Source: Candidatus Saccharimonadota bacterium (GTDB lineage Bacteria; Pseudomonadota; Alphaproteobacteria; Rickettsiales; Anaplasmataceae). Taken from it: DNA of 32,000 bases. Below the pieces are notes generated by a model. It searched no databases and was not told where the DNA came from. It worked only from the letters and a program-made list of their open reading frames with translations. This document shows, one piece after another, positions 12,676-22,448 of this stretch; position 1 is the first letter of the stretch; each line of letters begins with the position of its first letter. Where the stretch lies: NCBI RefSeq assembly GCF_025021925.1, contig NZ_CP092368.1:1-32000 (forward strand). The letters run 5' to 3'. The translations under genes were made by a program, and so were the position numbers.

Positions 12676-13164
12676 TTACATCTTTTTCTCATTTATAGGG
12701 TGATGATATACATGACAAATTGCTGTAGCCAATGCATCACACGCATGATGACAGGCAACATTCCAACCTTTTACTATCTGATGTACCATAAAGATCATTT
12801 GTTGTTTAGTAGCATGTCCATAGCCAGTAATACTTTTCTTAATATGATTTGGATTATATTCAAAAATTGATAAGTGATGTGTTTTTAATGCTAACATCGC
12901 TACTCCTCTTGCATATCCTAAAGTTAATGAAGATTGTGGATTGCTATTAATAAAAATTTTTTCTATAGCAGCTTCATTAGGATTATATATAGAAATAACT
13001 TTTTGTAATTGTATGAATATTTGATATAATTTCTCATAGAGATCTAATTTACTACTATTTGATATAGTTCCTCCACCTAAACATTCAATATTATTGCTCT
13101 TATCAAGTCTTATAACAGCCCATCCAGTATTATTAATACCAGGATCAAGACCTATAATTATCAT
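12676..13164 (-). CDS. ruvC: Crossover junction endodeoxyribonuclease RuvC
   Basis: MIIIGLDPGINNTGWAVI... with catalytic D and E contexts (GLDPG, AAIEKIF, HACDALA). The ORF-track start at 13236 lies inside coxC, so I prefer the ATG at 13164-13162, which gives the canonical N-terminus (162 aa). Confidence 0.88.
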   Translation of the reverse strand: MIIIGLDPGINNTGWAVIRLDKSNNIECLGGGTISNSSKLDLYEKLYQIFIQLQKVISIYNPNEAAIEKIFINSNPQSSLTLGYARGVAMLALKTHHLSIFEYNPNHIKKSITGYGHATKQQMIFMVHQIVKGWNVACHHACDALATAICHVYHHPINEKKM

Positions 13165-13982
13165 TAATATATACTTAAACAATAAATGAATATAAAGACA
13201 AATATCCATACATAATCTACAAAATGCCAATACCAAGAGGCAAATTCAATACATAAATGATCTTGAAGTGTAAAATGATTTTGTCTTGCTCTGCACAAAC
13301 AAACTGATAAAAAGAACATACCTATAATCACATGTAAGACATGAAAACCTGTAATAACATAAAAATTGGATGTATAAATATCTGTATTTTGTAAGATCAA
13401 GCTTATTTCATAGTATTCTATTGCTTGCACTATTATAAAACATATTCCTAACAAGAGAGTAATATATAGCATTTTCATCATATTATGATGATCATTTTCT
13501 AGTAAAGAGTGCTTAGCCCATGTGACTGTTGTACCTGAAAGTAATAATATTAACGTGTTCATCAATGGCAATGACCATGGATTAGGAGGAATGCCTATTT
13601 GAGTAGACCATTTGAATGGTTGTGTGAGTATAAAAGATTCAAATAAAAAAACTGGATTTAGCCAGGCTTTAAAAAAAGAACAAAAAAGAGTAAGAAAAAA
13701 TACTACTTCAGAGATAAGAAATAAATACATAGCATATCTTAAGCCAGATTTTACAATAGGAGTATGACAATGATCATACATTGCTTCTTTTATGATATCT
13801 AGCCACCAATACATCAACACTATTGATATGCTACATATTCCTATTAATAAAGAGATTACTCCTAAAGTTTGCTTACGGAATGTGCTCACTAATCCAAGTG
13901 CAAATATAAGTATTGCTATTGATATGAAAATTGGCCAAGGGCTTGGCTGCACTAAATGAAAATCATGCGTTTTATTCTTCAT
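13164..13982 (-). CDS. coxC: Cytochrome c oxidase subunit III
   Basis: 272-aa, 7-TM ORF. HDFHLVQPSPWP at the N-terminus and FYWHFVD-like WYWHFVDYVWIFVF near the C-terminus are hallmark COX3 motifs. Confidence 0.92.
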   Translation of the reverse strand: MKNKTHDFHLVQPSPWPIFISIAILIFALGLVSTFRKQTLGVISLLIGICSISIVLMYWWLDIIKEAMYDHCHTPIVKSGLRYAMYLFLISEVVFFLTLFCSFFKAWLNPVFLFESFILTQPFKWSTQIGIPPNPWSLPLMNTLILLLSGTTVTWAKHSLLENDHHNMMKMLYITLLLGICFIIVQAIEYYEISLILQNTDIYTSNFYVITGFHVLHVIIGMFFLSVCLCRARQNHFTLQDHLCIEFASWYWHFVDYVWIFVFIFIYCLSIY

Positions 13983-14017
13983 AGTACTTTATATAGTATC
14001 TGCAAAAGAAAGAAATG

Positions 14018-14045
14018 AGTATATCTACAAGAATGCTCTTGTCAA
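14018..14045 (-). promoter_or_regulatory. Candidate sigma70-type promoter for coxC(-ruvC)
   Basis: The minus strand reads TTGACA (complement of 14040-14045), 16-nt spacer, TATACT (complement of 14018-14023). It sits about 35 nt upstream of the coxC ATG. Confidence 0.45.
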
Positions 14046-14147
14046 GATTTATTGAATCTTATATCTATAATATTTATACTTATGTCTATCATATCTATAA
14101 TGTATCTCAAGTGTTTTTTTATCTGCATAAAATCACTATAGTATATC

Positions 14148-15299
14148 TCAACTAATAATATTAAATTCTCTACATAACTCGTTTGATAAATCAGTCTTTT
14201 CCCAAGAAAATTCACCATCAATCTCTATACTTTTACCAAAGTGTCCATAACATGTAGTGCTTTTATATATAGGACGATCCAGAGATAAATACTTTATGAT
14301 ACCTTGTGTAGATAAATCTATATGATTCTCTATAAACTTTTGAATTTTTCTTTCTTCTATTACATTTGTACCAAACGTTTTGATATAAAATGAAGTAGGT
14401 TGTGCAATACCAATTGCATATGAAAGTTGTGTTAGACAATGTTGTGATAAACCTGCATATACAATATTCTTAGCAAGATATCTTGCCATATAAGCTGCAG
14501 ATCTATCAACTTTTGTTGCATCCTTACCAGAAAATGCTCCTCCTCCATGAGGAAAATAACCACCATATGTATCAACCATAATTTTCCTCCCTGTTAATCC
14601 ACAATCATAGGCAGGTCCACCAAGAACAAATCTTCCGGACGGATTAACGAACAGTTTACTTTCAGAACACATCCAATCTTGTGGTAATGAAGCAACTATA
14701 TAAGGATAAATTATTTCCTTCACTTTATATCTATCTAGACTTTCGTGGTGCTGTATTGAAATTATGATACTCTCAACTTGTTCTGGCAGACCATTATGAT
14801 TATATCGTAAGGTAATTTGTGATTTTGCATCTGGACCAAGTAATAGTTCTCGAGCAGAATTCATAATATTCTTGAGAATTGCATGTGCATAAAAAATAGG
14901 AGCTGGCATCAATGCTTTAGTTTCTATTGTTGCATATCCATACATGATGCCCTGATCTCCAGCACCTTGTACAAGACCGATCGCAATATCATGTGATTGT
15001 TCATGTAAAAATGAATGAATGTTGACTCTTTGCCAATGAAAATTATAATGATCATAACCAATGTCTTTGATTGTGTTTCTTATGATGCTTTCAATTCTAC
15101 TGGTTTTAACATGCGGTCCATATACTTCTCCAGCTATAATCACTTTATCTTTAGTAACCAAAGTTTCTATTGCAGTACGAGATAAAGGAGAAGTAATTAA
15201 AAATTCATCAAGAATAGCATCTGAAATTTGATCTGCAACTTTGTCCGGATGTCCAGCTGCAACTGATTCACTAGTGATAAAATTTTTATACAAATTCAT
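14148..15299 (-). CDS. metK: S-adenosylmethionine synthetase
   Basis: 383-aa ORF with FTSESVAAGHPDKVADQISDAILD, GAGDQGIMYGYA and GGGAFSGKDATKVDRSAAYMARY. Confidence 0.97.
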   Translation of the reverse strand: MNLYKNFITSESVAAGHPDKVADQISDAILDEFLITSPLSRTAIETLVTKDKVIIAGEVYGPHVKTSRIESIIRNTIKDIGYDHYNFHWQRVNIHSFLHEQSHDIAIGLVQGAGDQGIMYGYATIETKALMPAPIFYAHAILKNIMNSARELLLGPDAKSQITLRYNHNGLPEQVESIIISIQHHESLDRYKVKEIIYPYIVASLPQDWMCSESKLFVNPSGRFVLGGPAYDCGLTGRKIMVDTYGGYFPHGGGAFSGKDATKVDRSAAYMARYLAKNIVYAGLSQHCLTQLSYAIGIAQPTSFYIKTFGTNVIEERKIQKFIENHIDLSTQGIIKYLSLDRPIYKSTTCYGHFGKSIEIDGEFSWEKTDLSNELCREFNIIS

Positions 15300-15352
15300 C
15301 TTTGTAAGTATATAACATCAGACATATTATAATTGATTTATTAGAAGATAAA

Positions 15353-15418
<66 letters not shown>

Positions 15419-15428
<10 letters not shown>

Positions 15429-15688
15429 CCTAAAGCTTGTATATTAGGTATCACATCAATAAAAGTTTTATCATGATATGTCTTACGAAAAATAACATAG
15501 CCTGCTATTTTAGAAAAAATCGTGTGATCTTTTCCTATTCCCACATTTTTACCAGGATGAAATTTTGTACCTCTTTGACGCACAATAATATTGCCTGGGA
15601 TCACTTTACCATTCTTTTTAATACCTAACTTTCTACCTGACGAATCTCTACCATTACACGAACTGCCACCTGATTTTTTAGTTGCCAT
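15419..15688 (-). CDS. rpmA: 50S ribosomal protein L27
   Basis: 89-aa [28 protein letters not shown]...[25 protein letters not shown]. The last 10 nt, including the TAG stop (15419-15421), lie inside the 5' acceptor/D-arm of tRNA-Ile. Confidence 0.93.
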
Positions 15689-16007
15689 GTGCTTCCCTTA
15701 ATTCTCCGTAAACCTTTATATCATTGATACGAAGTACAGTAATTGCACTTCTATATCCTACCTTTCTACGAAAGTTTTTTCTTCTTTTCTTTTTAAAAAT
15801 ATATATTTTTTTTCCTCTACATTGTTCAATCACCTCAGCTTGTACAGTAGCACAGGATAAGAATGAAGAAGGCGCTGCATGAAATAGAATGATAGAAGTC
15901 TGTATATCTATTTGCATTCCCTGTTCTAATTGTAACCTATCTACCTTGACTATGCTGCCTTTTTGAACAAGGTATTGCTTTCCTCCGCTATCAATGATTG
16001 CAAACAT
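15678..16007 (-). CDS. rplU: 50S ribosomal protein L21
   Basis: 109-aa [28 protein letters not shown]... It lies upstream of rpmA and overlaps it by 11 nt, in the classical rplU-rpmA order. Confidence 0.9.
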   Translation of the reverse strand: MFAIIDSGGKQYLVQKGSIVKVDRLQLEQGMQIDIQTSIILFHAAPSSFLSCATVQAEVIEQCRGKKIYIFKKKRRKNFRRKVGYRSAITVLRINDIKVYGELREAHGN

Positions 16008-16282
16008 GCTAATTATATTATCGCTATATTATAGCGTAACGCATAAAAAATTAGTTGTCAAGATAAATCATTTGATGAATATTTTACTATCATACAGTAA
16101 GTGTATAATTACATGCATCAATATGAATGCAATTCATAATATACTATAAAATATATATATACTGTTAATAACAAACTATCATATTTTGATATATATCTTG
16201 ATATATGATGACATGTTTTATTTATATAAAAACCTCATTGTAAGGTTATTTAAGAGATAGTGATATATATAATTTTTGAAGA

Positions 16283-17707
16283 TTAATGATCTAATTTTTG
16301 ATTGAGCAAGTCATTTACAATATTAGGACTTGCTTTTCCATGTGTCTCTTTCATTACTTCACCTATGAAGAATTTGTATAATTTTTTTTTTCCTTTTTTA
16401 TATTCTATTACTTTATCTTGATGATATTTTAGAATGTTTTCTATACTCTCTAAGATCTGCTTTTTAGAGGTAATTTGCTTAAGATTTTTTTCTTCTATGA
16501 TTTCAGATGCAGTTTGACCAGTTTTAAACATAATATCAAAAATTTGTTTTCCCAATTTACCAGAAATTGTACCATCAACAATAAAATCTAAAAGCTTCGA
16601 TAATGATTCTGATGTAATAGGAGAATGCATAATATGAAGAGAAGCTTTATTTAAGCGTCCAAACAGCTCTACAGTCAACCAAGATACTACAATTTTTGGA
16701 TGATGCTTTTTGATTAGTATTTCAAAGTAACTAGCTGTTGCTTGATCATATGTCAGAATATTAGCATCGTATTCTGTAAGACCAAATTGTTCAATATATC
16801 GAAGTTTTTTTTGTTCTGGTAACTCAGGTAGCATAGATTTAATACGATCTATTCTATTCTGATTGATCTGTAGAAAAAATAAATCAGGTTCAGGAAAGTA
16901 TCTATAATCACTTGCATTTTCCTTATTACGCATTACTCTCGTTTGTCCTAATAATGAATCAAATAAAAGAGTATCCTGACTAATTTCTTTTCCTGATTTC
17001 AGGATATCAATTTGTCTTTGTATTTCATAATCTATAGCTTGTATAATATAACGTATTGAATTGAGGTTTTTAATTTCACATCTAGTACCAAGTGTATTGC
17101 TTCCCTGTACACGTATAGAAACATTGATATCACAACGAAGTGATCCTGTTTCCATATTACCATCACATACACCAATGTAACGCATCAATTGTCTCAGTTT
17201 TTTTACAAACTCTGCAGCTTCTTGCGATGAACTAAGATCTGGTTCAGAGACAATCTCCATTAACGCAATACCTGCACGATTTAAATCTATATAAGAATTA
17301 GTTTCTCCGTGAATCATCTTGCCAGCATCTTGCTCTAAATGAATTCTCGCAATTCTCACTTTTTTTTTATTTTCTGTAATATAAATTATTCCATTTTTTA
17401 CTATAGGTTCAAAAAATTGAGTGATTTGATATCCTTGAGGTAAATCAGGATAAAAATAATTTTTTCTATCAAAGGAAGACTTCTGATTAATTTCTGCAGA
17501 CAGAGCAATACCAGTCAGTATTGCTTGATCTATACAATAATCATTCAATATAGGTAATGTACCTGGCATTGCAGCATCGACTAAAGAAACTTGAGTATTA
17601 TGATTAGTATTGAACTCTGTAGATGCGTGAGAGAATAATTTTCTTTTAGAAGAGATCTGAGCATGTACTTCAAGTCCAATTACTGCTTCCCAAGATTCTT
17701 GCATCAT
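16283..17707 (-). CDS. gatB: Asp/Glu-tRNA amidotransferase subunit B
   Basis: 474-aa ORF with WEAVIGLEVHAQI, PGTLPILN, FDRKNYFYPDLPQGYQITQ, HLEQDAGK, NRAGIALMEIVSEPD and a C-terminal YqeY-like tail. gatA and gatC are not adjacent. Confidence 0.95.
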   Translation of the reverse strand: MMQESWEAVIGLEVHAQISSKRKLFSHASTEFNTNHNTQVSLVDAAMPGTLPILNDYCIDQAILTGIALSAEINQKSSFDRKNYFYPDLPQGYQITQFFEPIVKNGIIYITENKKKVRIARIHLEQDAGKMIHGETNSYIDLNRAGIALMEIVSEPDLSSSQEAAEFVKKLRQLMRYIGVCDGNMETGSLRCDINVSIRVQGSNTLGTRCEIKNLNSIRYIIQAIDYEIQRQIDILKSGKEISQDTLLFDSLLGQTRVMRNKENASDYRYFPEPDLFFLQINQNRIDRIKSMLPELPEQKKLRYIEQFGLTEYDANILTYDQATASYFEILIKKHHPKIVVSWLTVELFGRLNKASLHIMHSPITSESLSKLLDFIVDGTISGKLGKQIFDIMFKTGQTASEIIEEKNLKQITSKKQILESIENILKYHQDKVIEYKKGKKKLYKFFIGEVMKETHGKASPNIVNDLLNQKLDH

Positions 17708-18215
17708 ATTCTGATTAAAATTATAATCTCAATATTCTGTACATTTGAGATAAAAAGTCAAATAAAAGTCATTTTGAAGATAAGACAAGACATATTATCA
17801 TAATGAAATAATTGAAGTGATATGATAAGATTTATTAAGTATGTAATCTTTTTAGAAATCATTATACATATTAAAATATCGCATATCTATCCCTTTATAC
17901 CTAAGTGATAAGATTTCTTTCTGCTGAAAGATTCTCAAAGTTAGAGTAATGCAGATTAGATACTGATTCATACATTATTTTTTATACTGTCTCATCATTC
18001 ACATCACGATAAAAATTAATATAAATATTAGAGTCTAATAATCATGAATTTTTTATAATATATATTGTTCAATTGAGAGTATTATATTAAAATATTCATG
18101 CTTTCTATATCTATAATATTCGTCTCCATCAATTAACAGAATTCACTGATATATCACTATACCTATATCATATATGATGGTATAGTCGCACATTCTTTGA
18201 CTTTTATAATGTAAT

Positions 18216-21200
18216 ATGATACTCAGAATAGAAATTCTCAATACATATGAGAAAAATCCACATACACGCACCGTTATTGTGTACTTGATTGAGCTTGCAA
18301 TCAAATTAAGAGCAAGTATATATCAAGAATTATGTAACATTTTACATAATCAAGTCATACAGCAGTGTAATTATTATCTGTATAATAATAGTCTTGAAGA
18401 AGTAAAATATGAGTTTATAATACCGCATATCACATGGGGATTAGAAATATATTTTTTACCAGGTATTACTGATAATATAGGCAATACAACTAAACAAATT
18501 ATTCAAGAATATTTGCTCAATCAAGGATATGTGAATGTAAATAAATGTATAAGTGTGAGAAGCGCTAAACTCATTTTGGTACAAGAAGAAATTTCTAGTC
18601 AAGATATAGCAAAGAAGTTTAATCCTATTACTGAGTATTGTATGATTATATGCAAACAGAATAATCATTATATTCATAAATATTATAATGATTCTAGTCA
18701 TCACACTACGGTGATGAAGTCTGATATACACAACACACTTTCTCATGATAGCACAGATATTATGATGAATGTTAATAGCAAAACAGTAGATCTGAATGTG
18801 AATGATCAAAAACTTGAATATATGAGTAAATATGGAATCCATGAACATGGAGGTACTTTAGGACTCTCTCTAAGAGCAATGAGAGCTATAAGAGATTATT
18901 TTCAACATCTTAATAGAGCTCCATATGATATTGAACTTGAAGCGCTAGCACAAACTTGGTCTGAACACTGTAAACATAATATTTTTTGTTCTCCTATTGA
19001 TGAAATAAGAGAAGGTTTATATTCATATTATATTAAGCGTGCAACTCGTGAAATCAATTCTAATATATGCGTATCAGTATTTTCTGATAATGCAGGAGGT
19101 ATCATTTTTGATGATGATAACATGATTGTTGCAAAAGTTGAAACGCATAATAGCCCTTCAGCTCTTGATCCTTTTGGTGGAGCAATGACTGGGCTACTTG
19201 GAGTCAATAGAGATATATTAGGTTTTGGGAAAGGTGCAGAGCCTATCATGAATACATATTATTTTTGCTTTTCTCATAACACTAATAATACACTTTATAG
19301 AAATCAAAAATGCACAAATCAAGTTCTTTCATCGCAATATATTATGCAACAAGTAATTCATGGAGTTCAAATTGCAGGTAACTGTTCTGGTATTCCTACT
19401 CAACTGGGATCTGTATATTTTGATGATAGACTTTTTGGACAACCTTTAGTATTTGTTGGAAGTATAGGCGTGATACCACGTAAGATCAACAATATACCCT
19501 CACATATCAAAAAAATTAAAGATGGAGATAAGATAGTTGTGATTGGAGGAAGAGTTGGTCGAGATGGAATGCATGGTGCTACATGCTCTTCAGAAGCATT
19601 ATCTGGAAGCATTGCTACAACAATCGTTCAAATTGGTGACCCTATTACACAAAAAAAGATATCTAATGCTTTATTAGATGCACGGAATCTTAATTTATAT
19701 AATGCAATTACAGATAATGGAGCAGGAGGATTATCATCGTCTATAGGTGAAATGGGTAAGAAAGGTTTTGCAGTTGATTTAAGTAAAGTACTTTTAAAAA
19801 GTCAAGATATGTCACCATGGGAAATATGGATCTCTGAATCTCAAGAGCGCATGACTTTAGCAGTACCACAAAAGAATCTGTGTACATTGCAAAATATCAT
19901 GCATAAGCATGATGTAGAAATGAGTGTTATTGGAGAGTTTAATAATACAGGTATGGCAACAATTACCACCTCTCATGATCAGAAAATAATGAATATCCAT
20001 ACTCAATTTTTACATAATGGTAATCCTCTCATACATTTACAAACTCAAGCATATATTAAATCAATAGATGATGTAGATATCAAATCATCTATTATAATAT
20101 CTGAAGATCCTTCTAATAATGAAATGAGTACACAAGAATACATTAATGAGTTAACTGAAATGCTTAGCAGGCCAAATATATGTAGTAAGGAATTTATAGC
20201 AGTACAATATGATCATGAAGTACAAGGAACATCAATATTAAAGCCCTTACAAGGTAAAGGAAGGGTAAGTTCTGAAGTAATAGTATCTAGGCCAATTCTT
20301 TCTTCGCAGAAAGGTATTGTGACATCTCAAGGTTTTGGATTAAGTTATGGAGAAGTTGACACATATCATATGGCAGCATGTGCAATCGATACTGCGATCC
20401 GTCATTATATATCTGCAGGAGGTAATATTAATTCTTTAGCGCTTTTAGATAATTTTTGTTGGTCTGATTCTTATAATCCAAAAAGATTATGGCAATTAAA
20501 AAGAGCGACACAAGCATGTTATGATTATGCAACTGCATTTCGTACACCTTTTATATCTGGAAAAGATAGTATGTTCAATGATTTTTATGGCTATAATGAA
20601 CATGGTAAACAAGTTATGGTATCTGTGCCACCTGCATTACTGATTTCTACAATTGGTACTATAGACAATATAGAACATGCTATTTCTCTTGATGTGAAAG
20701 TACCGGGGGACTTAATCTATTTACTTGGAGAAACATTCGATGAGTTAGCAAGATCAGAATATCAAGCATACAGTAAGATCAAAAATAATAATGTACCAAA
20801 AGTTAATGCACAGACGGCAAGAAATTTATATGAATGTTATAATCAAGCGGTCAATGAAGGAATTATTGCTTCTGCAATTGCATTAAATTTAGGTGGACTG
20901 AGTATTGCTTTAGTCAAGTCATTAATTGCAGGTAAGCTAGGTGCTCAAGTAGATCTGACATTAGTAGCAATTAAATCTATTCATAGCACAGTTATAACAC
21001 ACAAGATAAAAATGTTTTCTGAATCACAAAGTAGAATTTTGGTGACTATTGCGCCAATATATCAAAAGAGATTCGAAGAATTATTTAATAATGTCTTTTT
21101 TTCATATATTGGTACAGTGACAGAAGAAAAAATATTAGATATAAAAGATATCTTAAAAACAGATCTGAGAGAATTAGAAAAGAGTTATCATAAAGAAAAC

Positions 21201-21224
21201 TTTAACTTATTTTATAAGAAATAA
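18216..21224 (+). CDS. purL: Phosphoribosylformylglycinamidine synthase, large-type N-terminal plus synthetase domains, no glutaminase domain
   Basis: 1002-aa ORF. Residues about 60-140 (LEIYFLPGITDNIGNTTKQI...) resemble the PurS-like N-domain of large PurL. The linker DIELEALAQTWSEHCKHNIF matches the ..NSEHCRHKIF motif. Two AIR-synthase-like repeats follow (ETHNSPSALDPFGGA; DNGAGGLSSS; ESQERM). The ORF ends where the large-PurL glutamine amidotransferase domain would begin. Confidence 0.88.
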   Translation: MILRIEILNTYEKNPHTRTVIVYLIELAIKLRASIYQELCNILHNQVIQQCNYYLYNNSLEEVKYEFIIPHITWGLEIYFLPGITDNIGNTTKQIIQEYLLNQGYVNVNKCISVRSAKLILVQEEISSQDIAKKFNPITEYCMIICKQNNHYIHKYYNDSSHHTTVMKSDIHNTLSHDSTDIMMNVNSKTVDLNVNDQKLEYMSKYGIHEHGGTLGLSLRAMRAIRDYFQHLNRAPYDIELEALAQTWSEHCKHNIFCSPIDEIREGLYSYYIKRATREINSNICVSVFSDNAGGIIFDDDNMIVAKVETHNSPSALDPFGGAMTGLLGVNRDILGFGKGAEPIMNTYYFCFSHNTNNTLYRNQKCTNQVLSSQYIMQQVIHGVQIAGNCSGIPTQLGSVYFDDRLFGQPLVFVGSIGVIPRKINNIPSHIKKIKDGDKIVVIGGRVGRDGMHGATCSSEALSGSIATTIVQIGDPITQKKISNALLDARNLNLYNAITDNGAGGLSSSIGEMGKKGFAVDLSKVLLKSQDMSPWEIWISESQERMTLAVPQKNLCTLQNIMHKHDVEMSVIGEFNNTGMATITTSHDQKIMNIHTQFLHNGNPLIHLQTQAYIKSIDDVDIKSSIIISEDPSNNEMSTQEYINELTEMLSRPNICSKEFIAVQYDHEVQGTSILKPLQGKGRVSSEVIVSRPILSSQKGIVTSQGFGLSYGEVDTYHMAACAIDTAIRHYISAGGNINSLALLDNFCWSDSYNPKRLWQLKRATQACYDYATAFRTPFISGKDSMFNDFYGYNEHGKQVMVSVPPALLISTIGTIDNIEHAISLDVKVPGDLIYLLGETFDELARSEYQAYSKIKNNNVPKVNAQTARNLYECYNQAVNEGIIASAIALNLGGLSIALVKSLIAGKLGAQVDLTLVAIKSIHSTVITHKIKMFSESQSRILVTIAPIYQKRFEELFNNVFFSYIGTVTEEKILDIKDILKTDLRELEKSYHKENFNLFYKK

Positions 21225-21244
21225 CTTAATAATCTTTATACGAC

Positions 21245-21280
21245 ATGTAATTTTTCCTTTACTAAATGTAATTTTTCCTT
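21245..21280 (+). repeat. Tandem direct repeat, 15-nt perfect core (atgtaatttttcctt) at 21-nt period, 2 copies
   Basis: atgtaatttttcctt occurs at 21245-21259 and again at 21266-21280, separated by tactaa. It lies in the purL / membrane-protein spacer. Confidence 0.85.
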
Positions 21281-21317
21281 AAGATGGTGCATGTACTAAC
21301 ATACTGAGTGGAATATT

Positions 21318-21842
21318 ATGCCTTTTTTATCACTTCTTTTACTAATAAGCCTTTTATTATTAAATAGCACAAATCAATTAATGATATGTGCATGTTTATT
21401 TGTCACTTCTGGTTTCATTATAAATGTTATCACTACAGTATATGGTAATATGAAAGCAACATATAATATTGCCATATGTACAATTATATGTTGTATCTTG
21501 AAATTACAAATCTTCGACTTTATGTCGATAATATCATGTGTTGCATTTTGCATTTCTCTTTTATCTAGTATATATATTGTGACAACATTGAGATATAAAT
21601 ACATATTTCAAATCACAAACTTAGCTGCTTTAAGCATAGCATCATTTTTAGATAGTATGATAATATCTTGTGCTCTATTTTTTAAATATTCTATAGGTAC
21701 ATGTATATTAATATATATCAAAGATTCACTTTTTAAGTTTTGTTATATCATTGTATTAACTGCTTCATTATACATAATGAGATATTTATATTCCTTATTA
21801 AGGCAAGTGATTCGTACTAAAATACAATATAAACATTCCTAA
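21318..21842 (+). CDS. YhhQ/VUT-family (DUF165) integral membrane protein, putative queuosine-precursor transporter (shortened)
   Basis: 174-aa, about 5-6 TM ORF. By eye, segments align with E. coli YhhQ: LLLLNSTNQL ~ ITSSNYLVQL, FIINVITTVYGNMKA ~ FLATDLTVRIFGAPLA, SIASFLDSMIISCALFF ~ LFGNVSDTLAFFFIAF, YIKDSLFKFCYIIVL ~ LVDYCFKVLISIVF. The assignment rests on remembered sequence, not a search. Confidence 0.5.
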   Translation: MPFLSLLLLISLLLLNSTNQLMICACLFVTSGFIINVITTVYGNMKATYNIAICTIICCILKLQIFDFMSIISCVAFCISLLSSIYIVTTLRYKYIFQITNLAALSIASFLDSMIISCALFFKYSIGTCILIYIKDSLFKFCYIIVLTASLYIMRYLYSLLRQVIRTKIQYKHS

Positions 21843-22003
21843 TAACATTAATCAAGAAAAATGCAGTCCTTAATATTGTGTTTTCTGTAATATAATATAT
21901 TTTTGTTTTTTCTATATGTTATAGAACTATTTTATTAGGAATGTTATTATATTGATACGTTATATAACTTGCTATCAAATAATGTTGATATGCTTTTAAT
22001 CAA

Positions 22004-22336
22004 CTAATGAGAGATTAAAAATCTTTTTGAAATGCTAATTTCTTTTATGTTCATTACTATACCTGCTTGGTTAAAAGAAATACGTAGAGAGTTGCTACTA
22101 TATTTTTTCTTACCTAAAAAATTCGCTTGTTTAATTTGATACGAGATATAATACCAAGTATTTGAATCAAATTGAGAGATTAATGTTGGTGTACCAAGTA
22201 CTTCCAAAATTTTTGCTTTCTCATCTCCTATTTGTACTTGATTCCAAAGCTCTATCATGGTATTAGATACTCCATGATAAGATGCATTTTGCATGCAGCT
22301 TATGATTAATAAACAAAATATTAGTACATTCATCAT
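22004..22336 (-). CDS. bamE: Outer membrane protein assembly factor BamE (SmpA/OmlA) lipoprotein
   Basis: 110-aa ORF with a signal peptide and lipobox LLIISC. The core QVQIGDEKAKILEVLGTPTLISQFDSNTWYYI matches the BamE pattern (G.s..qV...LG.P......W.Y). Confidence 0.7.
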   Translation of the reverse strand: MMNVLIFCLLIISCMQNASYHGVSNTMIELWNQVQIGDEKAKILEVLGTPTLISQFDSNTWYYISYQIKQANFLGKKKYSSNSLRISFNQAGIVMNIKEISISKRFLISH

Positions 22337-22448
22337 ATCTATAATAAACTCACGATATGATTGTAATCAAATTTTTAAAAAGTTAAATTGACTAGTGTAA
22401 AATATTACGCAATATAATAACTAGTTTAGTAGATCATGTAGGTGCATC

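Noticed and set aside
14060-14074. Exact 15-mer tatatctataatatt shared between 14060-14074 and 18106-18120 (a near copy is at 14090)
   Set aside because: It is an almost pure A/T low-complexity word, and exact 15-mer coincidences of this type are expected among the roughly 5x10^8 position pairs in the window. The flanks are not similar.
15300-15352. Possible SAM riboswitch upstream of metK
   Set aside because: Only 53 nt of almost pure A/T separate tRNA-Ile from the metK ATG. No GC-containing pseudoknot elements of SAM-II/SAM-V type are visible.
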